Shown here: piece after piece, positions 1 through 11,794 of the stretch
Position numbering within the stretch: the stretch's first letter is position 1
How the letters are laid out: each line of letters opens with the position of its first letter
DNA from: Octopus bimaculoides
Taxonomy: Eukaryota
Assembly: GCF_001194135.2 (NCBI RefSeq)
Contig: NC_068981.1
Coordinates: 49,503,411-49,546,190 of the forward strand
DNA: 42,780 nucleotides
Reading direction: 5' to 3'
The notes under the pieces: model-generated
Database searches by the model: none
What the model was told of the DNA's origin: nothing
What the model saw: only the letters and a program-made list of their open reading frames with translations
Translations under genes and position numbers: made by a program

Positions 1-1471
1 CATTTTTGAAATTTGCTATATATGATTCCCCAGTTATACCATTTTGACAATGCTTTGTCTAATCGATCTACATACCATTCAATTGGAACATATAAAATTA
101 TGTTTGAGAAATAAGTACGACATTACAATATGAAAGGTATGGACATTAAACATTCAATATTCGTCTCTTGAATAAGAATATCGGAATAAATTTTCGGCAG
201 CCGAATGTATTAGAATGAGCTTTTAGTTATCAAATACATATATTCTAAAGATAAATTCCAATCTCTTCAAAGCAGTTGCCACAGTCATGAGGAAATTGTT
301 TTATTCTGTTTCTTCCCGATAGAAGGTCAGTTGCAAGTACAAAAAAAGTATATACATACATATATATATATATTATAAGAAGCGTTACGACATGGGCATG
401 TCAAGTTTTTGACAGCCTTTGTAATATTTTTCTAACATTCTCTGCACTTGTTAACACAGATTTGTATTTAATAGACCTTTGCATGTCAATTATTGCAGTT
501 CGAGACATTACATTTACTGTACTATATTAACGCTGCTGGTTCCATGAAATGAAATTTTAAAGTGACACAGTTAAGCTAATTTCTGTAAACTTACTCAGTG
601 CCTAGTGTAATACTCTCGAAAGAATTTTTTTTCTTTGTTCTTAAAACCTGATGTCGAATCATATACATTGCCACGGAGTTGTAGATATTAACAATATCCT
701 TGGAACAATTTATACGTATTTCACTACTATCATATTTATATGCATATGTACACATACACAAAAATATATACGTTGATATGGATGTAGTATAAACATTTCG
801 CATAGACTTAAGTAGGGGAAAATATCTATTTAAGAGCAGTAACAACTTATAGGGGATAAGAGGTTAATAGGTAAGGAATGCAAAATAAGAAAAGAAAATA
901 GTGAGAAGTTATAGAAAATAATAAGAAATACATATAACCTACATTTAATTAGACAGGGGTTTAAAATTTGAGGTAGGGGAGAGATAAAGATAACCTGAAA
1001 AGAGGAGGTAGTAGGTATGTACGTAGTGAGGGCAGTTTGAGATATTCAGACCGAAGAGATTTTAAAGGTTTTAATGTTGCAGGTGCTATTATATATATGA
1101 TTTTATAGTTTCTAGGGTTATATAATTAGCCAGGAGACTTGCTTACATTAAGGTATTAAAAAATATACATAAAAATTCAGTAGGGTAGAATATCGTAGAA
1201 GGGAAAAAAATAATGTAATTACCAAAAATATGATGAAGTCAGACAAACTAGGCAGAAGTTATCATGGGATAGTAATTACATATAGCACACCACATAGCAA
1301 AACATATAGCTTAAAACAAACGCATGGAATTTATTTCACAATATAACATAATTTCCCAAGATTTTATATTTAACACTAGAGGATATGTTTATAATTGATG
1401 CGACACCAAAATTATTTTCTACCACATCAAAGTTCAAGTAACGCACATATAATCATCAATTTCAAAAATAC

Positions 1472-1984
1472 TTAAATTTTCGGGTGACGATAATCACACA
1501 TGATACCATTAGGTCTAATTAATTCTCAATCACGTTGTTCCTTTCTCGTAAATTTCCATAGAGCACAGCTCACGCTCGTATCGACCATCTTTTTAATGCT
1601 GCGCTTTCGTATTACATCCCATTTAAGGTTAAATTTGATCTCAATTTCATTCAGCTCCAAAATCTTGCTGGATAAGGACGTACAAGTGGCTTTACGTTTG
1701 AGTCTAAAAATGGAAAACGGTTATTGATTTTGTTTATTGTTCGAATATTTATCGAACATCCTTTATATATATACATACAAATATATATATATATATATAN
1801 NNNNNNNNNNNNNNNNNNNNNNNNNNNNNNNNNNNNNNNNNNNNNNNNNNNNNNNNNNNNNNNNNNNNNNNNNNNNNNNNNNNNNNNNNNNNNNNNNNNN
1901 NNNNNNNNNNNNNNNNNNNNNNNNNNNNNNNNNNNNNNNNNNNNNNNNNNNNNNNNNNNNNNNNNNNNNNNNNNNNNNNNNNNN

Positions 1985-2030
<46 letters not shown>

Positions 2031-3257
2031 TCTGTGTGTGTGTGTGTGTTTGTGTGTGTGTGTATGTGTGTGCGCGTGCGTGTGTGTGTGTGTGTGTTTG
2101 TTACCAGCCTAAGTTATGTTTGTACATTTATAAATTACGTTCTGCGTTGGACATCGGCCTAATAACGGACAGTGGGTTTTAATTCTACAATTGCAATCAG
2201 AAGAATTACTACTACTAATATTATTTATATTCCTATCATTGTTATTATCATTATCATTATTATTATTATTATTCCTACTACTTATACTTCCTTCAACTGT
2301 AGTATCATTCAAAGTCAGCCGTGCATCAACAAGTAATATATCAGTAATCCCTGTGCCAGTATAAATCTCGGAGTACATATTGTAAATATTAGATGTTAGT
2401 ACTGTTGTTCCTAATTCCTTCACCACTATTAATATTATTCTCATTGCAGTGATTTTAACTAATATTGACAATATTATTATCATTAAATCCTCACGCCCAT
2501 TTTATATTCTTTCTATTTAACCTGGCTATGAGGATTACTATACTGGGGAAAGAAGAATACTAGATTCTAAATGTCTTACGGGAAAATATTCTATTATATC
2601 TATGGGAAGCATGGAATTGTTTTTTTCTAAAATTGCCAAGCATTTCATATATAAGTTTGTGGACATGGCACACTTGAAAGTAACATTATACCAGACCGAA
2701 TCATTATTTTCAAACTCCATACGTATCTAAGGGCGAATCTACCTGCTCTTTCAACGCCTCCCAAAGTCGTGACTTGATTATTAGGTATGGCTATACTATC
2801 AGTATTTTTCTTATCATTAGAGGGTGGCATTATCTGCTCAATCGCTTCACTAATTTTATTATATAAGCTAATATTCCTTATGGCTAAAGCATCTAATTTC
2901 GTGTTCTTACTATTTTTTTAATCTAAAATGATGAGTTTGTTGGACGCTGTAAGCCTGTATTCCCCCTTACACTTAAATCTCATTATTTCTACTATTAGTG
3001 AGTGTCATATATTCTGGATTAAGAAAAGGTATTTCATGGTTGTATCCTGCCTTAGACAAAGCGATGATGGGGCTGCATTCAAATTGATGAAATGATGGCA
3101 TTGTTCTATTAAATGGATCCACTGAAACGGTCGTATTGCATCACTACTTGATATCCTATTGCTTATTTTCATTTTATTCACCTTAATTCGAGCAGTGCGG
3201 GTAATACTGGACTAACTTGGTGCTTGAAATTAAGTACGTAATTCAACTGAATCTCAA
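1472..3257 (-). mobile_element. Degenerate Penelope-like element (RT C-terminus, linker, GIY-YIG endonuclease), interrupted by a microsatellite and gap at ~1766-2098
   Basis: Minus-strand translations, in order and with frameshifts: ALSKAGYNHEI (~3030-3065), VWYNVTFKCAMSTNLYMKCLAILEK (ORF 2538-2720), CNCRIKTHCPLLGRCPTQNVIYKC (ORF 2109-2483), FRLKRKATCTSLSSKILELNEIEIKFNLKWDVIRK (~1600-1715), and ..RHPK then stop at ~1472. These follow the PLE pattern AL..SGY, WFNPP..TN+G..FL.L+.KHF, CxCx5CPL.G.C..+YK, T.LS..IW.LK...W, CRH. Confidence 0.85.
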
Positions 3258-3849
3258 TTATATATATATATATGTATATATATATANNNNNNNNNNNNNN
3301 NNNNNNNNNNNNNNNNNNNNNNNNNNNNNNNNNNNNNNNNNNNNNNNNNNNNNNNNNNNNNNNNNNNNNNNNNNNNNNNNNNNNNNNNNNNNNNNNNNNN
3401 NNNNNNNNNNNNNNNNNNNNNNNNNNNNNNNNNNNNNNNNNNNNNNNNNNNNNNNNNNNNNNNNNNNNNNNNNNNNNNNNNNNNNNNNNNNNNNNNNNNN
3501 NNNNNNNNNNNNNNNNNNNNNNNNNNNNNNNNNNNNNNNNNNNNNNNNNNNNNNNNNNNNNNNNNNNNNNNNNNNNNNNNNNNNNNNNNNNNNNNNNNNN
3601 NNNNNNNNNNNNNNNNNNNNNNNNNNNNNNNNNNNNNNNNNNNNNNNNNNNNNNNNNNNNNNNNNNNNNNNNNNNNNNNNNNNNNNNNNNNNNNNNNNNN
3701 NNNNNNNNNNNNNNNNNNNNNNNNNNNNNNNNNNNNNNNNNNNNNNNNNNNNNNNNNNNNNNNNNNNNNNNNNNNNNNNNNNNNNNNNNNNNNNNNNNNN
3801 NNNNNNNNNNNNNNNNNNNNNNNNNNNNNNNNNNNNNNNNNNNNNNNNN

Positions 3850-3882
<33 letters not shown>

Positions 3883-4144
3883 CATATATATGTATATACA
3901 CACAAACATATCTATAAACGAGTGAGTAGACAAACGAAAGATGGGCACTCAACACATATATGGATGAAACAGTTCGATTTAACTTCCTTGGTACTCTGAG
4001 TTCCAAGTGTATATATGGATGGATTAATGAATAAAGGCATTTTGGGATGGCTGTTTGCATGTATCTATTTATGCATATATATTATGATAGGCACACATGC
4101 AACAAAGCGTCCACCTCACACACACACACACACACACATACACA

Positions 4145-4218
<74 letters not shown>

Positions 4219-5302
4219 CGCATGCACATAGAAGTGCATATGCATTTGCTTTTATGTGAGTAAGCATGTCAGTGTGTATATATTAAAGCAACATAGCTGC
4301 TCTAATTAAACCATGTTTCGAATTCCATCTCACCTTTATAGTTTCATATCCAGTAAATTCAAACTGTCTAAAAATTCTTTTCGTCATACAGTCTCCAAAG
4401 TGAGAGAGTAATAAAAGTATTAGAGAATAGATGTTTTAATTCGTGTTTATGAATGTATGTATATATTATATATGGCAGTAAATTAATATATGTCACAGTT
4501 ACAATGTTGGTACTGACGATTATTTTATGTGATTTTTAAATATTCCAAATCTTTGAAGTGAAACATAAAACATCATAGAAATGATATCTGTGCATTGGGT
4601 GAGTTATTATATTATTAGTAACTAATTGCCACATTATTTTGCTAACATTCCTGAAGGAAAATCTGCCGCAGATTATTGATTGGTTTGGCAAACAGTAGTA
4701 CTTCTGAAATGCTTAGAAGTGTTATTAGTAGTGTAATTGCTAGAAGTCAATTCCTATTAATTTTCTTCACTGGAATTGATCTCTATGTTAAATTCTCTAC
4801 CTTTAAATTCTAATTATATAGTTATAAAACAATTTATCAATGATATGTGCGAGTTTATAAAGTTTGTGCTTGTAAGTCAAATACAAAGCGATAATATTCA
4901 TTGATAAAATAATTCACTACTACGTTGGTTTTTGTATATTGTATTACTGTGTCCTGGTGACTTCTGCGATTCGCAACTAATGGCTCCTCAGACAATATCA
5001 TATCATGGTTTGATGAAGGTATATTTTAACATTTTCTGTTTCTTGGAGTTGCGTTGTCACTGTTTTCTTGAATGATGTGAAACATTTTGGGCATGTGAAC
5101 GTAATGCGCCAAGTCCAGTATAAATATTGTAATGTTAGTGTTTTAAAAATTATATTGAACACAGGGCCCATGCTGTAGGAATCCATACTGTAGAAATGAA
5201 TTAATATTCTATATCACAAGAATACATGTTAACTGTGAAGTTCATTATTCGCCTACGACGATTTAATGGAAACGGAAATTTAATTGCTGAAATAATGTAA
5301 TA

Positions 5303-5780
5303 TCTATATCTCTATACTTATAAAATCAAAGTATTTTTGTTTGTTTGTTAGCACGTTGACCGCTGAAAACCCTAAACATTGGTAATATTCCAGGTTTTTC
5401 GCATCATTTAAACTAATTTGACCATTCCTCAGATATCTGTGCATTTCTTTTCCGACAACGAATTGGGAGAGTCAAGTTGGAAAAAGTCACCATTGGATGT
5501 GGCAAGGGAGACATTGCATTTATATCTAGAATACCACTAATACCAGCATATGTCCCTTTCGTTTCAAACGATTGCAATTCCCAAGGAGTCACGCATTTTC
5601 CATTAACACGCCCCTCAATCAAACGCTGCAGGTTGTCGGTGTCCATCTAGAAAAGGGATATTTCTGACATGGTAAACTGTATGTAGATTGTTCCAATGTA
5701 CAAAACCCGGAGAAACTCTTGATATATGCTCCGAAGACAAAAGTTAAAAACATTGTATATACTAAAGATCTGCAAAGTTT
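5303..5780 (+). mobile_element. Non-autonomous Helitron remnant: 5' TC end joined to a PIF1-helicase C-terminal pseudogene fragment
   Basis: A|TCTATATCTCTATACTTATAAAA...TTTGTTTGTTTG at 5303 resembles a Helitron 5' end. 5477-5775 translates with one frameshift and one stop as LEKVTIGCGKGDIAFISRIPLIPAYVPF / FKRLQFPRSHAFSINTPLNQTLQVVGVHLEKGYF*HGKLYVDCSNVQNPEKLLIYAPKTKVKNIVYTKDL, matching Helitron IPRIPLIP..F.FKR.QFP..AFA.TINKSQGQTL..VG..L...FSHGQLYVA.SRV..KNIVY. The 3' CTRR end was not located. Confidence 0.8.
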
Positions 5781-5824
5781 TTATAATTTTCGCACATATA
5801 TATATGTTTATGTGTGTCAGTGTA

Positions 5825-6070
5825 AGCAGCCATCAAATCTGAAGACAAGAATCACATCCACACCAAATTCTTGAACGCGCTGTCACACTTGACACCCAAG
5901 ACTAGCAACCACAGTTCTCCACACAGTTCAGGGCCATTCAATCCACTACCATCAACATCTCCACCATTTATACTGGATTAAAATAAATAACGACCACCTC
6001 TTGATCACAAATACCCACACTTCACCAACATGTGCGAACAACTAGCAACATATCATGCAATCACTAGTAT
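5825..6070 (+). mobile_element. Possible highly decayed PLE ORF N-terminal fragment
   Basis: C/A-rich strand. A frameshifted reading TRITS-HTKFLN-RCH..TPK resembles the N-terminal motif ..SH..FL.RC....PKG recalled for some PLE ORFs. Weak. Confidence 0.3.
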
Positions 6071-6289
6071 CTTTCTTCGAAAAAATATAAATCTTATAAA
6101 TTTGATGCTAGTTACGTCCCCTGCACTGTGTTGCATATAATGTAATTACATCCTTCTCCATCGAAAAAGCAGAAGGCATTCGAAACAATTATTGTGCTAA
6201 ATAAACCTTCTAGCTAAACCCCGACTTCCATTTAAAAAATCTATATATAGAAAGACATAGATATACATATACATATATAAATACATATC

Positions 6290-6368
6290 GATCACAATAT
6301 GTAACTTATATATACGTATATATGTATACATGTATGTGTATGCACACGCACATACACACATATATATG

Positions 6369-6459
<91 letters not shown>

Positions 6460-6496
6460 CATACATAAACACACATACACACACACATATACATTG

Positions 6497-6589
<93 letters not shown>

Positions 6590-6590
6590 A
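6290..6590. repeat. Compound microsatellite (TA)n/(CA)n/(TG)n/(AG)n
   Basis: Seen directly; uninterrupted (TA)n of ~80 bp at ~6372-6455. Confidence 0.95.
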
Positions 6591-7307
6591 TGGACATATC
6601 GCGTAACTATAGCTCAACGTTGATGTTTTCAAAAGGTTGTTATAGCTATAGAGTTGACATAACATTTATTTACAATGTGATAACTTGCAACAGGATAATT
6701 GTTTCAATCCATCCATGTATTTCTTTAAAAGCTGAAATATAGAGAATTTTGTTAGAACCAGAATTGCACAATTTCTATATACGAGTGTGAAAAAAAAAAA
6801 AAAGAGAATTTTTCTCATTAATGTTTACCGCAATAGAACAAATACGGTTGACATGACATTTATACATACATTCGAGGAATGTTTGATATGAAATTACAGG
6901 TGGAATAGATATTCCATAAAAGAAAATAAAGACTATAAAATAATTTGTGTACGTTATGCCACGTGTTATCTTTCCCATTATATCTAATGTATTTATTTCA
7001 TTTTCTATATATCAAGCAAGTAAGCATTTATGTGCGTGTGATCTGGAGCATATGTAACTTACTCATTATTTAATCAGGGAAGATAAGTGCTTTGGTAGAG
7101 CCTCGAAATGGAATACAAATAGGAATTCAATTTTATTAACACGCTCAGAATGTGCATTGTATATACATGAAATTGTACATTTCCTCTTATAAACCACATT
7201 TAAATGGATATGAAATTCTTTGCCGTATATCAGATGTCACTATTCCTAAATTATCATCCAAGTATTCAGATATTTTCCTCTATATTACTTATCGATAAGA
7301 ATCAGGT

Positions 7308-7308
<1 letters not shown>

Positions 7309-7386
<78 letters not shown>
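7309..7386 (+). repeat. (GATA)n tetranucleotide repeat
   Basis: Seen directly. Confidence 0.97.
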
Positions 7387-7387
<1 letters not shown>

Positions 7388-7811
7388 GACAGACAGACAA
7401 ATAGATAAACACACACACGCAAATACATACATAAATACAATACATACATACATACATACAGATGTTCGTGTATGTATGCACTGGTATATTTATATGAAAG
7501 AATGTACAACGAATATTCTTTAAAAGTAGTGTATTTAATGTTCAGAAATAATCTTTACATACATTATTAATAGACATTTCGTATATGATTTGGTGGTATA
7601 TTTACTGCATCTTTTGCATTTCTACTCTTTTACCATTTAGCCATATTGCCCCCTAACATGTAAGAATTCCGATATGGTTTTGTAACTTAATATGCATTTT
7701 TGAGAACAAACAAAATAAGATATTGCAGATTTATCTTTCGATCTGTCTATCCTCCTCACTCTCTCTCTCTGTTTCTATACATATATGTGTGTTTATGTGT
7801 GCATATATGTG

Positions 7812-7845
<34 letters not shown>

Positions 7846-8597
7846 NNNNNNNNNNNNNNNNNNNNNNNNNNNNNNNNNNNNNNNNNNNNNNNNNNNNNNN
7901 NNNNNNNNNNNNNNNNNNNNNNNNNNNNNNNNNNNNNNNNNNNNNNNNNNNNNNNNNNNNNNNNNNNNNNNNNNNNNNNNNNNNNNNNNNNNNNNNNNNN
8001 NGCTTTATAGATAAAATATATATAAAATATATAGTTTTAGGGAAAATAACCAAGTTTCAAGAACTCATCGATGAAAATCCACTATCACATAGAGAAAAAT
8101 TAACAATTAAAAGCACAATAAATGAGTATAATATAAAGCAAAGTAAATATCATAAGATAACTATAATAAAAATATTGCACGTGTTTCATAACTAATTTTT
8201 AAATAGAAAGGAAATTTAAATCGATTAAAATCAATTGAAATTATCGAAAATTAAATTCTATTCAAAAATATAGCTAATCGTCAGATCGTAAGTAGAACAA
8301 TAATTAGATATATATATCTCAACCAACAATAAGTACCAAATGAATTAATATGAAATACGTATTTTATAAAGATAGAAAAATTATTAAAATTATCAAAATA
8401 ATAACCATCCAATAATCCTCCCTTCCTCCATTATAATAACATGTATATTACATACAATGATAATTTATGTAAGCTGTTTTTTGTGTTACGCTGAATTTAC
8501 CCGGGAACTATGTTAAGGGTACACGTGTTTGTGGAGTTCTCAGCCTCTTGCATGTTAATTTTGCGAGCAATGTTTTTAACTTTTGTATATGTGTATG

Positions 8598-8637
<40 letters not shown>

Positions 8638-9514
8638 TATAATATAACACAGATATCCAGGGTAAATTAATTAATGGTAAAAAATAAATTGAAATAAATA
8701 TAAAGGCTACGTCCGTTTAAAACAAAGTCTTTCACAATATATATNNNNNNNNNNNNNNNNNNNNNNNNNNNNNNNNNNNNNNNNNNNNNNNNNNNNNNNN
8801 NNNNNNNNNNNNNNNNNNNNNNNNNNNNNNNNNNNNNNNNNNNNNNNNNNNNNNNNNNNNNNNNNNNNNNNNNNNNNNNNNNNNNNNNNNNNNNNNNNNN
8901 NNNNNNNNNNNNNNNNNNNNNNNNNNNNNNNNNNNNNNNNNNNNNNNNNNNNNNNNNNNNNNNNNNNNNNNNNNNNNNNNNNNNNNNNNNNNNNNNNNNN
9001 NNNNNNNNNNNNNNNNNNNNNNNNNNNNNNNNNNNNNNNNNNNNNNNNATATATATCCACATAATACTTCTCCGTGTGTGTTTCGAATATACAACCTAGT
9101 TGTTACAAACTAGAGAGTAAAAACTATTAGAGAATAATAAGTGAAATGAGAAAGAAAAAAGGGGACAAAAGAAGAAAAAAGAAAAATGAAAGAGAAAGAG
9201 AAAATAGTTACAGAGCGAAATGATATTAAAGTTGCCGTTTCTAAAAAGTATCTAACAAATGTTAGATACGTCGCTAAGCTTGCAAACACAAACCTAAAAA
9301 TGTATGCCTATAAAAATATACGCATATCTTCATAAATACATGTGTTCATGCAAAAGTAACATGCATGTACACACGCATACTATTACAAAAATATACATAT
9401 GCATTTCCGAAAAGTCGAATAAAAAAACATGGAGGCGAAACATGAACCAGCATTGCGAAATTAAAAACTTTTACCCATACGGTATATTTTCAGTTGACAT
9501 TGAAACCTCGTAAC

Positions 9515-10010
9515 GTGCCTGCAGCTATTTAAATATTCTACTCGTTGGTTCAATGCATTTTCCCTTCAATTGCCAGACATGTTTTGCAAGACTTGATGCT
9601 GTCCTATGCCCGGAGTATCGGAAACAATTTATGTGGGGATAAAACCGAGTTTTCAATTAATTTTCCGAAGTCCTTATGTATATATTACATTCTTGTGATC
9701 GGTTTATTTGTACTTTAGCTCTATAAACTAACAATTTGCTGTCCTTCTAACGGAAAACAAATCTCATCTTTGAAATTGCAAATCTTCTCGTTAAATTCGG
9801 CATTGTACTAACTTGTAATTATTTTTGCGTTATGTTGATTAATAAATGAGGCGAAGTTTGTGCAACAAGACTTCCTAACGTTCAGTGGTTTCCTATTAAA
9901 TATTCTGTAGCTCTTATGGCTATTTTGAAAATATTTAGAAATTAGCTTTAATAATTCCATACCTATATTTGTTTTTTTACGGCAATATTAAATTCCAGAT
10001 TAAAACGCAA
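9515..10010 (-). pseudogene. PLE linker plus GIY-YIG endonuclease pseudogene fragment (left, longer copy)
   Basis: Translates as KTNIGMELLKLISKYFQNSHKSYRIFNRKPLNVRKSCCTNFASFINQHNAKII*..ICNFKDEICFPLEG / VYRAKV..NIYIRTSEN*LKTRFYPHINCFRYSGHRTASSLAKHVWQLKGK / ..SCRH, with stops and frameshifts. Confidence 0.85.
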
Positions 10011-10204
10011 AACTTTCTAGTTCCAGTTCTATGTGCAAAAAGTAGTTTGACTATACTGGATCTTCTACGAGAATCCGCTGTTCCAGCATTTTGAAAATAT
10101 GGATGATATGTGCCTTCTTATATTAATACCTTGTTTCTTACGAAGTACAGATGGATGATTTAAATTTTGGTTAATATAAAGTAGCTTTCTATTGGGCGTA
10201 CGGT

Positions 10205-10450
10205 GGGGTTAACTCGAGAATAGGACAGCAACAATTCTTGCAATACATATCTGGTAATTGAAAGGAAAATGACAACCGTCCTTTCAATATCAGCTGGACA
10301 ATTTTTGAAAAAACAGCACCATATAAACATAGAGAATATAGAAGACCAATGAAATCCAACCTTTGCCTGTCAGAAAAAGACTTCATCCTGTTCCGGGTTA
10401 AACATGCATTGAGCCAAAGACGAGAACTTTTAAATTCCTGCAGGCACACT
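10205..10450 (+). pseudogene. PLE GIY-YIG endonuclease C-terminal fragment (right, inverted copy)
   Basis: LAIHIW*LKGK*QP / FNISWTIFEKTAPYKHREYRRPMKSNLCLSEKDFILFRVKHALSQRRELLNSCRH (partly ORF 10349-10603) matches PLE W.I...A.PY...C.LCL.EK..IL...LN.R.EL.S.CRH. Confidence 0.85.
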
Positions 10451-11588
10451 ACGCGGCCTAAAATGTCAACTGAAAATATACCGTATGGGAAAAAAGTTTT
10501 GAGTTTCAATATATTTTTTAAATTTTGCATTTGGCTTTTACACCTAAAATATAGACATCTTCTTGTATTACACTGCTGGTACATATTTTACATTCGACTT
10601 TAAGACATGTATATGTATATATTTTTTTGTGCATCTACGTGTGTTACTTTTGTATGTATGTATTTATGTAGATACGCATGTCTTTATATATGTGCGTTTT
10701 TATATGTGTACGTTTGCAAGCTTACCGAAGTATCTAACATGTGTTAGGAACGGCAACTGTCACGCGCGCGCTCTCTCTCTCCCTCTCTCCTTTTCTCTCT
10801 CTCTCTATCTCTCTATTTATTTTTCTCTTTCTCTTTCTTTGTTTTTCATGTACGACTTCTTTTTTCTTTCTTCTTTCTCACTCCATTTATTATTCTTTGA
10901 TTTTCTTTTCGATTAACTTCTCTACCTTGTAACAGCTAGGTTGTATATTTGAAACACACAAGGAGAAGTACTATATGCGTATGTATATGTACGTGGATAC
11001 CTATGTATGCATTTGTATATATTCAAGTTTTGCCTGCATTTGTTTCTATAAGTTTGTAGGCATATACCAACGTTTGTATGTTTAGTGTTTATATGTATAT
11101 ATGTTTCTTTGGTATGTGTATATATTTCTAAATGTATATGCATTTTTATGATGTTAGTTTTTCTAAATGTTTTTATTTTAAACGAACATACCCTTTTAAT
11201 ATATTTAAGTTTATTATGTATTTACCATTAATCAACTTACACTGAGTATACAAGGTTTTTCCTTCTACTAAAGCTAAGTATTTATTTAAGGTTTTCACCG
11301 TTTTTTATAATGTGATTTTAAATCGTAATTGTAATTTCATATAAATGGTTATTGAAAAGACCGTTAGTTTAAGGGACCAATGAAACCAAATCATTTTCAA
11401 GTGTTTATCCACCGCAATAATTGTATATTTATGCATATAAGCATATTATGTTTCATTCTCAACCAAAAGTGTCCGACGAAAGGGAACATTAAACTCTGAG
11501 TAACAGTTGTTGTGATGTCTTTGCAAATTTATGAATAAAGCATTTTATTCTACCTCCGGTAGTCGAGTAATGATTTTTCCTAACTTAC

Positions 11589-11794
11589 GGCGGCGAGCTG
11601 GCAGAATCATTAGCAATTCGGCCGACACGCATAGCGGTATTTTGTCTGTTTTACATTATGAGTTCAATTTCCCCTGAGATTGACTTTCCTTTTCATTATT
11701 ATTGGGTCGATTAAATAAGTACCGTTTACAGACTGGGGTCGATGAATCGACTTAATCACTCTGTCTCTCCCTGTGGGTAATAAAGGAATAAATA
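11589..11794 (+). mobile_element. tRNA-derived SINE, family A (ggcggcgagctggcagaa head; gactttgcctttcat...gggtcgat central domain)
   Basis: A-box-like GCTGGCAGAATCATTAG, B-box-like GAGTTCAATTTC, central block ttcattattattgggtcgattaaataagtacc. A second copy lies at 28168-28307 on the minus strand. The family is recalled as an abundant Octopus SINE. Confidence 0.75.

Larger units (their letters stand above)
8658..11244. mobile_element. Foldback Penelope-like element: two diverged 3' ends head-to-head (inverted pLTR architecture), arms ~8658-9615 and ~10205-11244
   Basis: Collinear inverted blocks: ttttaaacg.ac.ta.cctt and tttaccattaat.aa.ttac.ctg (8658-8725 vs 11175-11244); ttgtaaca.ctaggttgtatatt.gaaacacac..ggagaagta (9061-9110 vs 10927-10974); tttgcaagctta.cga.gtatctaacat.tgttag (9260-9295 vs 10712-10748); tcaactgaaaatataccgtatggg (9474-9497 vs 10466-10489). 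Confidence 0.85.

Noticed and set aside
700-800. Minus-strand GAAATACGTATA downstream of the first PLE
   Set aside because: No 5' core or stem I complement found.
8001-8195. Short open frame KITKFQELIDENPLSHREKL
   Set aside because: No motif recognised; truncated by a gap.
10912-10974. Hammerhead-like vestige in the large foldback (cttctc/gagaag pairing, acagc-tag-gttgt hairpin, GAAAC; mirrored at 9061-9120)
   Set aside because: Both arms lack CUGA(NGA) and the GUH triplet, so it does not meet the consensus.
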